From positions 220,286,001-220,350,000 of the forward strand of contig OZ024743.1 of the NCBI GenBank assembly GCA_964016885.1: 64,000 nt of DNA, read 5' to 3'. The translations under genes were made by a program, and so were the position numbers. Below the pieces are notes generated by a model. It did no database searches, was not told the DNA's origin, and worked only from the letters and a program-made list of their open reading frames with translations. The first letter of the stretch is position 1, and each line of letters opens with the position of its first letter. Below are positions 1-12,558 of this stretch, piece after piece. Source of the DNA: Eledone cirrhosa (Eukaryota).

Positions 1-30
1 GGTGTTTTTAACCTTCATATCATGTCCTCC

Positions 31-101
31 TATTTTATCTCATGAAAACACAAATGTTATTGCATGATGATATTTGTTTTTGAAATGCGCATAATAAAAT
101 A
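31..101 (+). ncRNA. Type I hammerhead ribozyme motif (core variant CUCAUGA, probably decayed)
   Basis: Stem I TATTTTAT(31-38)/ATAAAATA(94-101); CTCATGA in place of CUGAUGA; AT-rich stem II; GAAA-TGCGCA-TA (palindromic minimal stem III). Confidence 0.7.
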
Positions 102-214
102 CATGGAACTCATTTAATTATCTTTTGATCTTATATATTATATATATATATATATATAATATAATAATGAAATGACAGGAGGCTGGATTTGTGTAAATCC
201 TTGAAAGGTTTATT

Positions 215-272
215 ATACTATGATCATTTCAATGACCGGGTTCCGTATGAATCCGGTGATATCATCAGGTAT
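215..272 (-). ncRNA. Type I hammerhead ribozyme motif, intact core
   Basis: Minus strand reads ATAC-CTGATGA-tatcaccggattcatacggaacccggtcatt-GAAA-TGATCA-TA-GTAT; stem I ATAC/GTAT, stem II built on ACCGG/CCGGT. Confidence 0.8.
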
Positions 273-579
273 TCGAAATATAATACGTGAATGTAATAGA
301 TAAAATCCATGGGGCTGAAAATCGAGCTACAATGTATTATCATCATCTAGAAACGATCGTAAAGCACTGAAGTATATCTCTAATGACTTGATTTTTTATT
401 TCATTGTTTTAACTTATATATATAAATATATATATATATATACGATATATATAGATATAAATAGATATATATTCCTATATATATATGTAAGATATATATA
501 TATACTATATATATATATATGGCTTAGCTGCTGATCGAACTTCGAATATGCTGTACTATTGTATATATATATATATATA

Positions 580-1177
580 TGGTGGCTGCCAACTCGTTTT
601 CGAGTACGGCCTCTACATCCATGTAGGAGAACCCCTACCGATGCGCTGAACAAGTGTGACTTTTTAGTCCCGCCAGCGACTTAAAAACTCTGGTACAAAC
701 ACTACACTTGTGACAATTATTGACACATAGTGCTGGACCCATGGTACCATGTGATGACAAGTGCAGAGAGATCTCCAGATATAAAGAAATGCCTGTGCTG
801 TGTAGCTTTTATAGTGTGCAAAGGCACTGCAAAAAGCCAGTCCCACTCTCTTAACCAAGATGATATTTACCAAAAAGAAGAACAAGTGAACATCATTGGA
901 TACCATCAGGGTTGCAGGTGTTATATCAGAGTTTTCCTTCTCCTAGAATTCTGCCTTGACAAAGGCTAAGGGGCCATCTCTCCCGGTGATTTTGGATTGC
1001 CATTGACGCTTAAGAGCTCCTTTGCCCTTTGACAGGTTTTGTTTTTAGTCCTGCAGGATGTCCAAAGTCACCTTCCTCAAGAAACGTTGGTGGGGTTGCC
1101 AGTTTAGTCGCCAACGACCCGACCATGAGACAGGTTGTACTGGGATACATGTTACCAGTAGCACCAACTGGTGACCT

Positions 1178-1181
<4 letters not shown>
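580..1181 (-). mobile_element. ~600-bp non-autonomous RTE-like retroelement, copy 1
   Basis: Highly similar (reverse complement) to 25081-25690 and 26201-26808; flanked by (TA)n; contains CTAGGAGAAGGAAAACTCTGA, which resembles RTE 5'-UTRs; no credible ORF. Confidence 0.7.
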
Positions 1182-1215
<34 letters not shown>

Positions 1216-1223
1216 TAAGTACA

Positions 1224-1278
<55 letters not shown>

Positions 1279-1325
1279 TAAGTACAATATATATATATAA
1301 AATTTAGCTTCGAGCATAGCAGTTG

Positions 1326-1676
1326 AATTTCGTATTTTTAAAGAGACGCGGTTTGTTTATAAATAAACATTTAGAAAGCCGTGGCTATGCAAAAACACCG
1401 GCAGCTATCACCACCTAGTGGTGTCCAACAGAAGCAAGGGGGGGGGGGCAATCGTTGATGCATTCCGAACTGAACTGGTTCTCATCAGGACGATCCCTCC
1501 CGTTCTTGCAACTGCTGGACTTTGAAAACAGGCGAGAATATCTATTTTTCTCGTCTGTGTAAATGAGGTGATTAATTTGTATATGAAGCTATACAAGTCC
1601 GGTGTTTTTGCATAACCACGGCTTTCTAAATGTTTATTTATAAACATACCGCGTTTCTTCTTTAGAAATACGGAAT

Positions 1677-1679
<3 letters not shown>
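1326..1679. repeat. Mini-element with ~75-bp inverted ends enclosing a decayed hammerhead (1451-1494, minus)
   Basis: 1326-1401 is the reverse complement of 1599-1679; the interior on the minus strand reads ATCGTC-CTGATGA-GAAC..GTTC-GGAA-TGCA-TC-AACGAT. Confidence 0.65.
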
Positions 1680-1710
<31 letters not shown>

Positions 1711-1713
<3 letters not shown>

Positions 1714-1845
1714 GAAGGAAGTGTGGTAAGGAACCAGGTGGACCATAACGCACCAGAGTACTCGATATTATGGGTAGTAGAGTGGGTAATAGTAAAAGAG
1801 TCAGGACCCCGACGGCTGAGCTCCGGCCGTTTCGACAGCTATTTC

Positions 1846-1848
<3 letters not shown>
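1711..1848 (-). repeat. ~140-bp dispersed repeat carrying the 3' half of a hammerhead
   Basis: Reverse complement matches 30820-30955 and 31293-31428; GAAA-CGGC..GAGCTC..GCCG-TC. Confidence 0.65.
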
Positions 1849-1903
<55 letters not shown>

Positions 1904-1914
1904 AAAAAGGAAAT

Positions 1915-2030
1915 TTCGCTCTACATGGCTGTCCATTCTACTGACATGGCTATAAAATTGAGGCTTGTTTGCAAAATTGCAAACGAATCGAATGTTATTA
2001 TTAATATTCGAAAAACTCAGATTACATTTA
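1915..2030. repeat. Rearranged (internally inverted) copy of the 5586/6170 repeat
   Basis: Starts CGCTCTACATGGCTGT, then continues as the reverse complement of 6195-6290. Confidence 0.65.
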
Positions 2031-2032
2031 TA

Positions 2033-2104
<72 letters not shown>

Positions 2105-2190
2105 TAATGGTAGCTAAGATGCTTCCATAGGCGGTATGCCTATTGAGCACTCTATGCTCCAGAAAGTGGATCTGCTCCGAAATCAATAAA

Positions 2191-2280
2191 CGTGTCTGAG
2201 GAACCTGTGAATCCAGAGTCAGGTCGATCCACACACAGATCGCACCTCGAACTGTTCGTCGGGGAAACAATTGTAATACG
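2191..2280 (+). ncRNA. Type I hammerhead motif with extended stem II
   Basis: CGTGT-CTGAGGA-(~60 nt)-GAAA-CAATTG-TA-ATACG, followed by AATAAA; stem I CGUGU/AUACG. Confidence 0.7.
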
Positions 2281-2321
2281 CAATAAATTGAGTTCCGATG
2301 CATCACTGATTTTTCGTTTTC

Positions 2322-2512
<191 letters not shown>

Positions 2513-3001
2513 AATATATGACATCGATCTAAAAAAAACGTACCATTCTCTAGAAACTACATAAAAAGTAATAAAATAAAATAAAATAAAACAAAATAAA
2601 ACAAATAACAGACCAATAAACGCAAAGAGAAAAATACTCCCGCCCCTTCCAACAAAAAATGTCTATTGGAAGAATTAGTAAACAACCAATCAAACAAAAA
2701 CGGTAGAAATTTTAAGGCGTTGTAGCTATAGGTTTTTAAGTTTCATTATATTTGCTTCTTTTGATCTTTAAATAAATTCATTATTTGATAGCCAAAGCAC
2801 ACATTAACTTACCTTGATGTCGACGAATAAAAACAAATATTGGTAATTTTTACATGAAAGAGAACTGAGAACGATATACAAAGGGGAAAAATACGAAATT
2901 CTACATGTACAGTGTACTATACTATAAATACTCGTGTACACAGATGCACATAACACACACACATACATATATATATAAATATATGTATATACATATGTAT
3001 A

Positions 3002-3048
<47 letters not shown>

Positions 3049-3439
3049 TGTATGTATAAATATACATATATACTATATAGATATATAAATACTTATATAT
3101 ATATGCTTATATATATATATATTCACCTACATACATATGCTCACATGCAAACATACTACACATTCGCCTACATAAACACACACACTTACACACACACAGG
3201 TCTATATATAACAGACAGCTATTTAGACAGCTACGCACATATAAACTATTAGTTTATATGTTAGAATTTATAGGTTACAATTTTCAATTTCAATTTATGT
3301 ATGAAAGTCAGCAGTGCAAAAGCCATTTATAGAGATAAAGATGAAGAATTCAACTAGTTTGTGTGTTTATTTGTTATAACATTGTCTATAACTGATGTAA
3401 TCAACATCCGTTTAGTGTCTGTTTTGGTCGTGAAAGGTA

Positions 3440-3602
3440 GACGGCGAATTGGCAGAGTGATTGGAACGGTGGATAGAATGCTTTGCTGTATTCAGTTTTG
3501 CTTTGCTGCGCTCTGAGTTCAAATCTTGCCAAGGTCAACTTTTCCTTTCATCCTTTCGAATTCGATAAATAAAGTGTCCGTTGAATTTGAATACTGGGGT
3601 CA
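3440..3602 (+). mobile_element. tRNA-derived SINE, diverged copy
   Basis: A-box-like TGGCAGAGTGATTGG, B-box GAGTTCAAATC, central GGTCAACTTTTCCTTTCATCCTTTCG. Confidence 0.7.
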
Positions 3603-3764
3603 ATTTTTCCTCTATATCTCTTTCTCTCACGCCCCTAAATCCGGAAGAAATCGGCTGTGTTCAGACATGGAGAAGTATGTCCTTCGCCTGATTTAAATGT
3701 CACGACGACCCCTGCTCCAACAACTTAATCAAAATGTGAGAACCTATGGGTAGATCGTGACTTT

Positions 3765-3900
3765 TAGGCAGCGAAATGGTGGGCTTTATAAAGCGTTGGA
3801 TTCCGGTTATCTGTGATCTGAGTTTCAATCCCGCTGATGTCAATTTTGCCTTTAATCCTTTCGAGGTCGATAAATAAAGTACCAGTTCAGTGTGGTGCTT
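3765..3900 (+). mobile_element. tRNA-derived SINE, diverged copy
   Basis: GAGTTTCAATCCCGCTGATGTCAATTTTGCCTTTAATCCTTTCGAGGTCGATAAATAAAGTACCAG. Confidence 0.7.
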
Positions 3901-4334
3901 TGATGAAATTATTATTAATAGCAACGATCGTCATACCTTGCAGTATCTCTATCGGTCGTTTGAGTTGGCCTGCGACCTCACAAGCTTAAGTGACGGTGTA
4001 CATGGAGATACTCTGAGTATTGACGAATAACATTTTTCACAGGGTAATCATATCGGGGATTGTGGGTTAATGTGTTTGTATGGAAGATCTGCAGTAGTTG
4101 TCGACGCTTCTCGCTACCGATGTCCACTGGGAAGTGCACAAAGTCCAGTGTTTCTACGCAAAGAGGTTAAAAAAGGGAGTGCTGTGATTTTCCAAGGTTT
4201 AGGAATTATGTTAGCGGGGAGGGGTCGGTTGTGGAATGAGATATGACGAAATGTAACAGCTTCGACAGAGATTGAAACTGCGATTCGTTATCAGTTTTCT
4301 CAGGAGCGAACCTCATGCTGTTACTGTGTGTATT

Positions 4335-4423
<89 letters not shown>

Positions 4424-4738
4424 TTACATATATATATATATATATATGGTCTTCCCAAAGATAAATATTGTCACGAGAAGTAACTAACCTCATATGTGAC
4501 TGCTCATAAAATATGGCCCTGTTCTTACACACATATCTTTGTTTCCATAGCAACAGCCAACGATAAGATAAGACAACAGCTTGGATTCTCCCCCTCCTCC
4601 TCACCCTCTTCTCCCTCTCTTCATTCCTCGCTAAATCTTCGGTGACCACCATCAAGTGGTGGTGAAAAGTGGTGTGGGGGATGCCTTTTATACACACACA
4701 GACACATATATATATACAAATATATACACATATATGTG

Positions 4739-4819
<81 letters not shown>

Positions 4820-4903
4820 GCATATATATATAAATATATATATGCATACGGAGGTGTTGGTATACAACCAACATATACTCAATATATATATATATATATA
4901 TAT

Positions 4904-4945
<42 letters not shown>

Positions 4946-5231
4946 ATAGTGATTTTCCTCCTACAGATGGTAATTGTGGCGGAGATGGTGATGGTAGTGG
5001 TGGTAATGGTTGTGCTACCTAGGTGGTGGCAATGCTGGTGGTAGTGAGGTGGTGGTGTTTGAGGTGGGAATGTTGTGGTTAGGGTTGGGTGGTTATTTGT
5101 CGAGGAGTGAGTGCCACTCCCGTGTTTCGACTGATTTACAAGACAGCTTGCCGTCATCAGCCACAACTGGATAATAGAAAAAAATCCACCAAGATTAAGA
5201 TATCTGTGCAAATGCGTACGACGGTGGGGAG

Positions 5232-5297
<66 letters not shown>

Positions 5298-5312
5298 GAA
5301 CACACACGCACG

Positions 5313-5368
<56 letters not shown>

Positions 5369-5645
5369 CACACACACACACACGCACGCATACACACACA
5401 CACACACACACGCGAACACACACGCACGCATACACACACACGCATACACACACACACACACATACGCACGTATACACACACGCACGCACGCACACGCACG
5501 CACACACACACACACGCACGCATACACAGACACACGCACGCACACGCACGCACGCACACACACACACACACACATATAACAAATAGTTATCGCTCTACAT
5601 GGCTGTATACAATAAATGTAATCTGAGATTTTCGAATATTAATAA

Positions 5646-5829
5646 TTGTTTCTACTTTTAACACAAGGCAAGCTATTATCCCAGTGTATTACTGGTACTT
5701 TATTTTATCCACCCCGTAAGGATGAAAGGCAAAGTTAACCTCGGCGGGATTTGAACTCAGACAATAAAGGGACGTAACTCTTTGCTGCAAAGCATGGCGT
5801 CCGACCCTCTACCGATACTGCCAATCCAA
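5646..5829 (-). mobile_element. tRNA-derived SINE (major family)
   Basis: Reverse complement of the consensus TGGATTGGCAGTATCGGTAGAG...GAGTTCAAATCCCGCCGAGGTTAACTTTGCCTTTCATCCTTACGGGG...GTAGAAACAATT. Confidence 0.9.
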
Positions 5830-5927
5830 TATTCGATTCGTTTGCAATTATGCAAACAGCCTCATTTTTAAAGCCATGTCAGTAGAATGAGCCCCTCATT
5901 CTTGCTCTTGTGTTGGCATGTAAACAG

Positions 5928-5976
5928 AACTGCGGACACTAATGTTTCTGGGTGATTACCCTTCGTCAGTACAATT
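5928..5976 (-). ncRNA. Type I hammerhead ribozyme motif
   Basis: AATTGTA-CTGACGA-aGGGTaatcACCCa-GAAA-CAttagTG-TC-CGCAGTT; GUC triplet. Confidence 0.75.
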
Positions 5977-6671
5977 TACTGCTCACCTGCGAACTGTCAG
6001 AGCTAGTGAAAATATATGATATTTTCTGAACTATACAATGACTGATCGGCCTGATTTGCATATTAGCAGATTGGCTGATCAGTTAGATCTGCATATTAGC
6101 AGATCCACTGATCGGCCAGATTTGCATATCAGTAGATAGGCCAGTCAGTTTCATGTATACGAGCGATTAAGTTATCGCTCTACATGGCTGTATACAATAA
6201 ATGTAATCCGAGTTTTTCGAAAATTAATAATAATATTTGATTCGTTTGCAATAATGCAAACAGCCTCTTTTAAGCCATGTCAGTAGAATGAGCTCTTCAT
6301 TCTTGCTCTTGCATTGGCATGTAAACAGAACGTGTGTGTATACATGTGTAAGTATTGAACAGATTTTCTTTTAAACATATGTTGAAAACACTATTGTACT
6401 CCAGTTCAAAAGTTTCATTAAGGATTTTCGTATTTATTTCCTTATTAATTTTTAATCTTAGTGTTTAGATTGGAACAGTGGTTTTACTAAATTCACGTGT
6501 GTGGTAACATTTCGATGCATTCGCAATCATCTCATCAGAATCCGAATGGCCATACCAGTGGCGTATTGGTCATGTGCTCAGCAGTGTTAGTAAACTATCA
6601 TGGGAGTGGTAAGAGACCGTTGATGCCTGATTAAAAATTTCTCAATGACTAAAAAGTGTCTCGCGCCTAGA

Positions 6672-6870
6672 GGCCGGTGCTTACCCCAGTTTCTCTGGCG
6701 TGAAGTGACTGGGAGTACATGACTCCCCCTTGGATAGGACGCCCGTTCATCGCAGTTTTAACTATTGCTGATACTCTTTTTTCAGCTGAATGTACTGGAG
6801 CGATTCAGGAATCGAACCAACGGCATTAGATCGTAAGTCCTGTACCCTTACCACTAGGCCATGCGCCTAT
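6672..6870 (-). mobile_element. Second tRNA-derived SINE family with a V-SINE-like central domain
   Basis: Minus strand: GGCGCATGGCCTAGTGGTAAGG (A box), GGTTCGATTCC (B box), then CTGCGATGAACGGGCGTCCTATCCAAGGGGGAGT, resembling the V-domain. Confidence 0.65.
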
Positions 6871-6900
6871 TAACGACTAAAGCACGACAATTATTATGAC

Positions 6901-7079
6901 TGTCTCTACTTTTGGCACAAGGCCAGCAATTACCCCAGTGTATTACTGGTGCTTTATTTTATCGACCCCGTAAGGATAAAAGGCAAAGTTAACCTCGGCA
7001 GGATTTGAACTCAGACCGTAAAGGTCCGTAACTCTATGCTGCAAAGCGTCCGGTCCTCTCCCGATACTGCCAATCCACC
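6901..7079 (-). mobile_element. tRNA-derived SINE (major family)
   Basis: Full-length match to the family consensus. Confidence 0.9.
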
Positions 7080-7131
7080 TATTATAACATATGCTGTATC
7101 TGTGTGTTAATGTTTCGTTTATATCATAGTA

Positions 7132-7315
7132 CTAGCAAAAGTGCCCGTCGTTGCCGAACACACCTTCCGCCATTGTAAACAAAGACTCTCTTATCTCATC
7201 AACTTTTCTATTTTAGAGAAGAGCAAGATTTAAACTACATGCTGACATGCTTAATAACCTATGTATCAAATTTGAACAAAATCGGATGGAAACTGTGGAA
7301 ATGCATCGCCTGCAT

Positions 7316-7371
<56 letters not shown>

Positions 7372-7403
7372 CAGACATACATTTTCGTTTTTATATATAT
7401 TGA
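7132..7403 (-). mobile_element. Short non-autonomous Helitron with internal (GTCT)n
   Basis: Minus strand starts TC, ends with GC-rich CGGCAACGACGGGCAC then CTAG, sits between A and T, no TSD; internal (GACA)n. Confidence 0.7.
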
Positions 7404-7404
7404 T

Positions 7405-7525
7405 TGTTTCCGAAGAAGACGTCTGATCAAACCTATATATGAAGTCTGATAGTATACAGTTATATAACTGCTATAGATCGGACAATATGTCAATATGATC
7501 AACCCTCCGAAACGATCGTAAAACC
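7405..7525 (+). ncRNA. Decayed hammerhead motif with long stem II
   Basis: GTTT-CCGAAGA-(~95 nt)-GAAA-CGATCG-TA-AAAC; same stem III as at 350 and 37714. Confidence 0.5.
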
Positions 7526-7695
7526 ATGATATGAATAGGTAAAATAACTCGACTTTGTTATTACTATTTTCATTGTTAAATTAATATCTTATATATAGAT
7601 TAGTAAAGTTTCTATAGTTTCATGCGACGCCAGTAAAGTCTCTATAGATTACGACACCAAGTTGTATCGGTCATTGACATTCATTGGACAACATA

Positions 7696-7803
7696 TCCCG
7701 CCGAGGTTAACTTTGCCTTACATCCTTACGGGGTCGATAAAATAAAGTACCAGTAATACACTGGAATAATTGCTGGCCTTGTGCCAAAAAGTAGAAACAA
7801 TTA
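7696..7803 (+). mobile_element. SINE, 5'-truncated
   Basis: 3' half of the major SINE consensus. Confidence 0.85.
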
Positions 7804-8113
7804 TATGTAGTGTATATATAGAGTGTTTATTGAATATTTAGAGTGTATAGAAAGTATTTATAGAGTATGTACAGAGATGGTGGAAGCATTTCTGAATTGG
7901 CGGGTGGGGGTAAGTTTGGTCAATTTAGTTATAGTGATTAGTTTAGCTCTTTCAATTAATAAAATGGTCAGAAAACTTCAATATGCTATAAACATAACAT
8001 GTAAATAAATTGCAGCGCATATGCAAATAGATGTGTGTTTTGGTAGTTTAGAGAGAAAAATACAATTATTAAGGGAGGGGGGCATGTCCCACTCCCAGTT
8101 TCACCGCCTCTCT

Positions 8114-8270
<157 letters not shown>

Positions 8271-8332
8271 TAAATAGAATATATATTAATAAATATATTA
8301 ATAAATAGAAACTATATTTATAAAACCATATT

Positions 8333-8398
8333 TATTTTATTATGCATATTTCAAGGGCCACCAAGGCAAATTATGGTGCGCTTTGATCAGATAATATA
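8333..8398 (-). ncRNA. pLTR hammerhead (CUGAUCA variant)
   Basis: TATATTAT-CTGATCA-aagcgCACCA..TGGTGgccctt-GAAA-TATGCA-TA-ATAAAATA. Confidence 0.7.
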
Positions 8399-8603
8399 CA
8401 GATTTGTTTTATAAATAAATATTGACATACCCGGGAAAAAAAGACAACCTTGACGGTTGGAGCTTCCTGGATAGTGGAGATATTACATTTATTGAGGGTG
8501 ATAGAAATTATGAGTGAGTATGCAAATGAGTGTCCAAAAGGTTGAAAAGATAACGGTTTATTTAAATTAAACTGTCGGAAGAAGGTGATATGTGAGGGAG
8601 AGA

Positions 8604-8737
8604 GAAAAAAAAAAGAAAAAAAAGAAAAAAAAAGAAAAAAAAGAAAAAAAAAAAGAAAAAAAAGAAAAAAAAAGAAAAAAAAGAAAAAAAAAGAAAAAAA
8701 AAGAAAAAAAAGAAAAAAAAAGAAAAAAAAGAAAGAA
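8604..8737 (+). repeat. (GA8-9)n expansion inside the Penelope 3' region
   Basis: Reiterated GAAAAAAAA; the equivalent site in the inverted arm (~14660-14683) is only ~25 bp. Confidence 0.9.
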
Positions 8738-9881
8738 ATGAGAAAGATAGAAGAGGAAAGAAAGAACGATTATATATATTGGCAGTGAAAATAGCGTGCA
8801 TGAAGAGAAGAGTTTCAAAGGATAAATACAGCGTAAGTATATTTAAGTGAGAGAAGAAATGAGTTTCAAAGGATAAATACAGCGTAAGTATATTTACGTG
8901 AGAGAAGAAATGAAGAAATGAGAATAACGTGGAAGAATAATATTTATAATGCAGGATTCATTATGTTTTGATTATAATATTTATAATGATAGGTTGAAAA
9001 ATTAGATTAAAATTAAAATCAAAAAATTAGAAATCAAAATTAAAGATTAAAATCTACCTTAATATTAAAGATTTAATTTAATAATTTAATAATTAGTTTA
9101 AATGCGTATGTTAAGGATTATAAATTATTTAAATAAATATATATTATTTTACATTACAGCAAATCTAGTATAGTTTATTTTATTAAAAGTTGTAAGTCAA
9201 ACATTTTAAACATCCAAATAATTCTAAATTTATGGAACATTTTAGAGAGTTTACAAAAGAATAACCACTTAGATATATTATAAAAACAGTAAGGAAGCGT
9301 AAAGGAAGTTATAAGTGATTTTTTAAGAACTCAGATGACTCTAAGGATTAAATGCTATAAAGTTAAGAAGGTAAACATTTTTTTATCTTAAGAATATAAT
9401 TAAAACATGAACCATATGTTATTTTATACGAAGTCATAAATTTACTTGCTATAAAGTTAAAACATTTAAAAAAAAATTATCTTAAGAATATATTTAAAGC
9501 ATAAACCATAGGTTACTCCACATATATATTTTTAAAAATCATGTTTTTCCACATATATATAAAAATTTGGATATATATATTAAAAACGTTTGAAAATATA
9601 AGAATATAAAAACATAACAATATAAAAATATTGGAAGGTATAAAAATATGGTTTTTCTATATCTTTCAAAGCAATTTTCAAAAGATTTTCTTAAAACCTT
9701 CCGTAAGTTTTTCAAGAAAAAATTTTCCTTAGAGGAGTTTCAAGCAGTCATATAAAGGAATTTTATAATCTATCAATAGGTGTAATAATATATATGTGAA
9801 GTAGAGATAATAGAAAGTAAATTAAGTATATTAATCATATATAGATATAGAAGACATTATGTAAAAGAGATAAATCGTATA

Positions 9882-12272
9882 TTACATTTTATATATATAT
9901 TTATAAGTTGAATTTAAACGATGTTTGCAGGAACTGAATAAATTATTTCGCAAATTAATAGAGTTCTTACTTTTTAGTATAAAGAATATTTCTTCGACAC
10001 AAAGGAAACAATTTTGGGATAAAGCAGTGTATGAAGGAGCTTTGGAAATAATTTTCCAAAGTAAAGAATAGTTAATGTTCTTGGATTTCAAGTCCCATAA
10101 TAAGTTATATAGAGAAGTTGAAGATTTTTTACCAATATTCGTAAAAGAACATTTATGGTTATTAAAACGAGATTTGAAGTCTGTGGAAGTAGAGCCGACA
10201 TAGTTAAAGGAGTTTCCATTTGTTTTGATATTACAATTGTATACTATATTTTTAACTAAACAATTATTATTTAGAGGACAGTTAGATTTATTTCTACAAT
10301 TACATTTATCTAAATTTATATTATTGGGAGCCGTAACATTATATTGGATATTGCTAGAGGTATTAATGCTATTCTGGTTAGGTTTTAAGTTTCTATTATT
10401 AATTCTATTAATATTCTACGCTAAATTCATAGTGGTGGAATATGAGAGTTTAATAGTATGTCTATTAAATATTGAGTAATACCTGTGTGTTCTAGGAAAG
10501 CACTTATCTAGAGCTTTAAAGAATAATTTAGCAATAGGAGTTTAATGAGAAAGGGGGAGCGAACCATAATATATTTCTAGTTCTACTTTTTCTTTTGGTT
10601 TTCGAGTTAGTGTAAGGTTTTCTATTATTATATTTATAGTTATGGTTAGTTGGCACATCCTTATTATCAATGTATTTAATTTTATTACTATAGCCTGCTC
10701 TACCTAACGCTTCGTTATAATATTGTGCCTTATCTTCAAATATATTTTTATTACCTGAAATTCTAGAAATACGTTGCTGCACAGAATTTACAATAGTGTT
10801 TTTAACGGATCTGGGGCGATTGGAATTAAAGTTAACATAGTTTAAATTCTCATTTATTTTATGAAATGGATAATACAGACCAGTGTTAAGGTTTAAAGTT
10901 ACATCTAAAAAATTTAACTATTTTATAATTATTCTTTACTTCTACTTTAAGATTAACTCAATTAAAAAGTTGTATAATTTCCTTTCTTTTCCTATTTATT
11001 TCACAATTATTATTATTTTCAATAAGTAATAGCATATCGTCACGATATAAACCACCGGTCACCTCCGGTATTTTCCTATGTAAAGTATTGTTAATAAAAA
11101 TCCCCACAAGATCCGTTAATTGCGCCGAGTCCGATGATCCCATAGTGATATCGAAATTGTTATCTCTGTCTGCTCTAGTCCAAAGGTGGTTGCTAAATTT
11201 AATTAATGTTTTACGTGCCTTTAAGATAATGTGCATTTCATTACTAGTTAAATCTGTATATTTAAATGCATATGTAAGGGCTTTATTTTAGTAGATTAGG
11301 AGTGATAGATGAGTAATAATTAGTAATATCCAATTGAATAAATTTATTGTTATGCTTATATTTAATTGTTTCTACTTTAGGCACAAGGCCAGCAAATTAC
11401 CCAGTACATTACTGGTACTTTATTTTATCGACCCCGTAAGGATGAAAGGCAAAGTTAACCTCGGCGGGATTTGAACTCAGACTGTAAAGGGACGTAACTA
11501 TGCTAGAAAGCATGGCGTCCAACCCTCTACCGATACTGCCAATGCTTATATTTAATGTCCTTAAAGCAGTCGATAACTTCATTAGGCCCATTCCATAATT
11601 TTAAATAAGATATTTCCTTAAGTTGTGATATGATTCGATCTAAAATATTCTTGCTAAGTATGGCAAGGTCCGATTTAGATGGTGCAATCAATCTAACTGG
11701 TAATTCAATTTCAAAATTTCTTTTATGGTCCTTCATATTAATTTTTGGTTTCCTAGGTATGAAGGGTTGAGTCCTATTTTCGATGCCTAATTCCTGCATT
11801 ATATAAGAAGCTTCAGTATTTAGTTTTTCAAGGTCATCATTGGTTGCTCTTTTGTAATTCTTCCTTAATTCCTTCAATATACGATCATTGTAATTATCCT
11901 TTTGCATTCCGTAAAGATTGTTGGTTTTATCTGATTTAACCGTTTTTTCAAAGCTTTCTATATTATTTTTGAGACTTTTTAGGTAATCCTGGCCTACAAA
12001 GTGGTTTTTCTTAAATTTAATGCTTTGTATGATAGAGATAATCTCATTTTCAAATTCCATTAATAGTTTGTTGGAAGGTGGATTTTTTTAGATTTGAAGA
12101 TTCTATCAAGATTGGAAATATTTTATTTCGCATCAGATTTATCGAAATGAAAAGCACGCCATCTGAGTCTTCTTATAAATGAGTCCGATTTTCCTATAAG
12201 TTGTTTTAGAAAGTCCTTATTCCTAGGTAAAGGTATGTCTTTTAGAGAAGAAGAGATCGTAAAGAATTCCAT
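9882..12272 (-). pseudogene. Penelope RT + GIY-YIG ORF, frameshifted and SINE-interrupted
   Basis: SLKDIP..FIRRLRWRAF; ITMGSSDSAQLTDLVG; GLYRDDML; RNILWFAPPFS; CNCRNKSNCPLNNNC; IVYNC..YVGST..FKSRFNNH; CFLCVEE..CKHR. Confidence 0.9.
11367..11541 (-). mobile_element. SINE inserted in the Penelope RT, with a 15-bp TSD
   Basis: ATGCTTATATTTAAT at 11352-11366 and 11542-11556. Confidence 0.92.
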
Positions 12273-12457
12273 TTTTAATTAGTTATAATTTAAAGCGCTC
12301 AACAATAAAGGAGCAAAATATATGCAGAGGTTATATTTAATTTGTTTGGATTCAACAAGCTTAAACATTTTTATAACTGATATAAAGCACTTTACAGTTT
12401 AGTGGAGTAAATACACAATATATTAATAAATGGAAACTATATTTATAAAACCATATT

Positions 12458-12523
12458 TATTTTATTATACATATTTCAAGGGCCACCAAGGCAAATTATG
12501 GTGCGCTTTCATCAGATAAAATA
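12458..12523 (-). ncRNA. 5' pLTR hammerhead, intact core
   Basis: TATTTTAT-CTGATGA-stem II-GAAA-TATGTA-TA-ATAAAATA. Confidence 0.85.
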
Positions 12524-12558
12524 CAGATTTGTTTTATAAATAAATATTGACATACCCG

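Larger units (their letters stand above)
5586..6330 (-). mobile_element. Hammerhead-bearing non-coding mini-element with ~160-bp terminal direct repeats (left repeat interrupted by a SINE)
   Basis: 5586-5930 (minus the SINE) matches 6170-6330; HHR at 5928-5976; 3x33-bp internal repeat. Confidence 0.7.
8288..12558 (-). mobile_element. Penelope-like element 1 (EN+, C-terminal GIY-YIG), near full length with pLTRs
   Basis: Pseudo-LTR repeats at 8288-8434 and ~12300-12558, each with an HHR; RT and GIY-YIG ORF remnants between; ~1.5-kb AT-rich 3' region. Confidence 0.9.

Noticed and set aside
664-1160. 79-92 aa ORFs repeated in the 600-bp element
   Set aside because: They occur on both strands, have no recognisable domain, and are conserved only because the copies are near-identical.
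3600-4200. GC-richer unique-looking segments between SINEs
   Set aside because: I found no ORF, motif or repeat match that I can support.
8562-8818. Lys/Arg-rich and Phe-rich ORFs
   Set aside because: They arise from the (GA8)n expansion in the Penelope 3' region, which is absent from the inverted arm.
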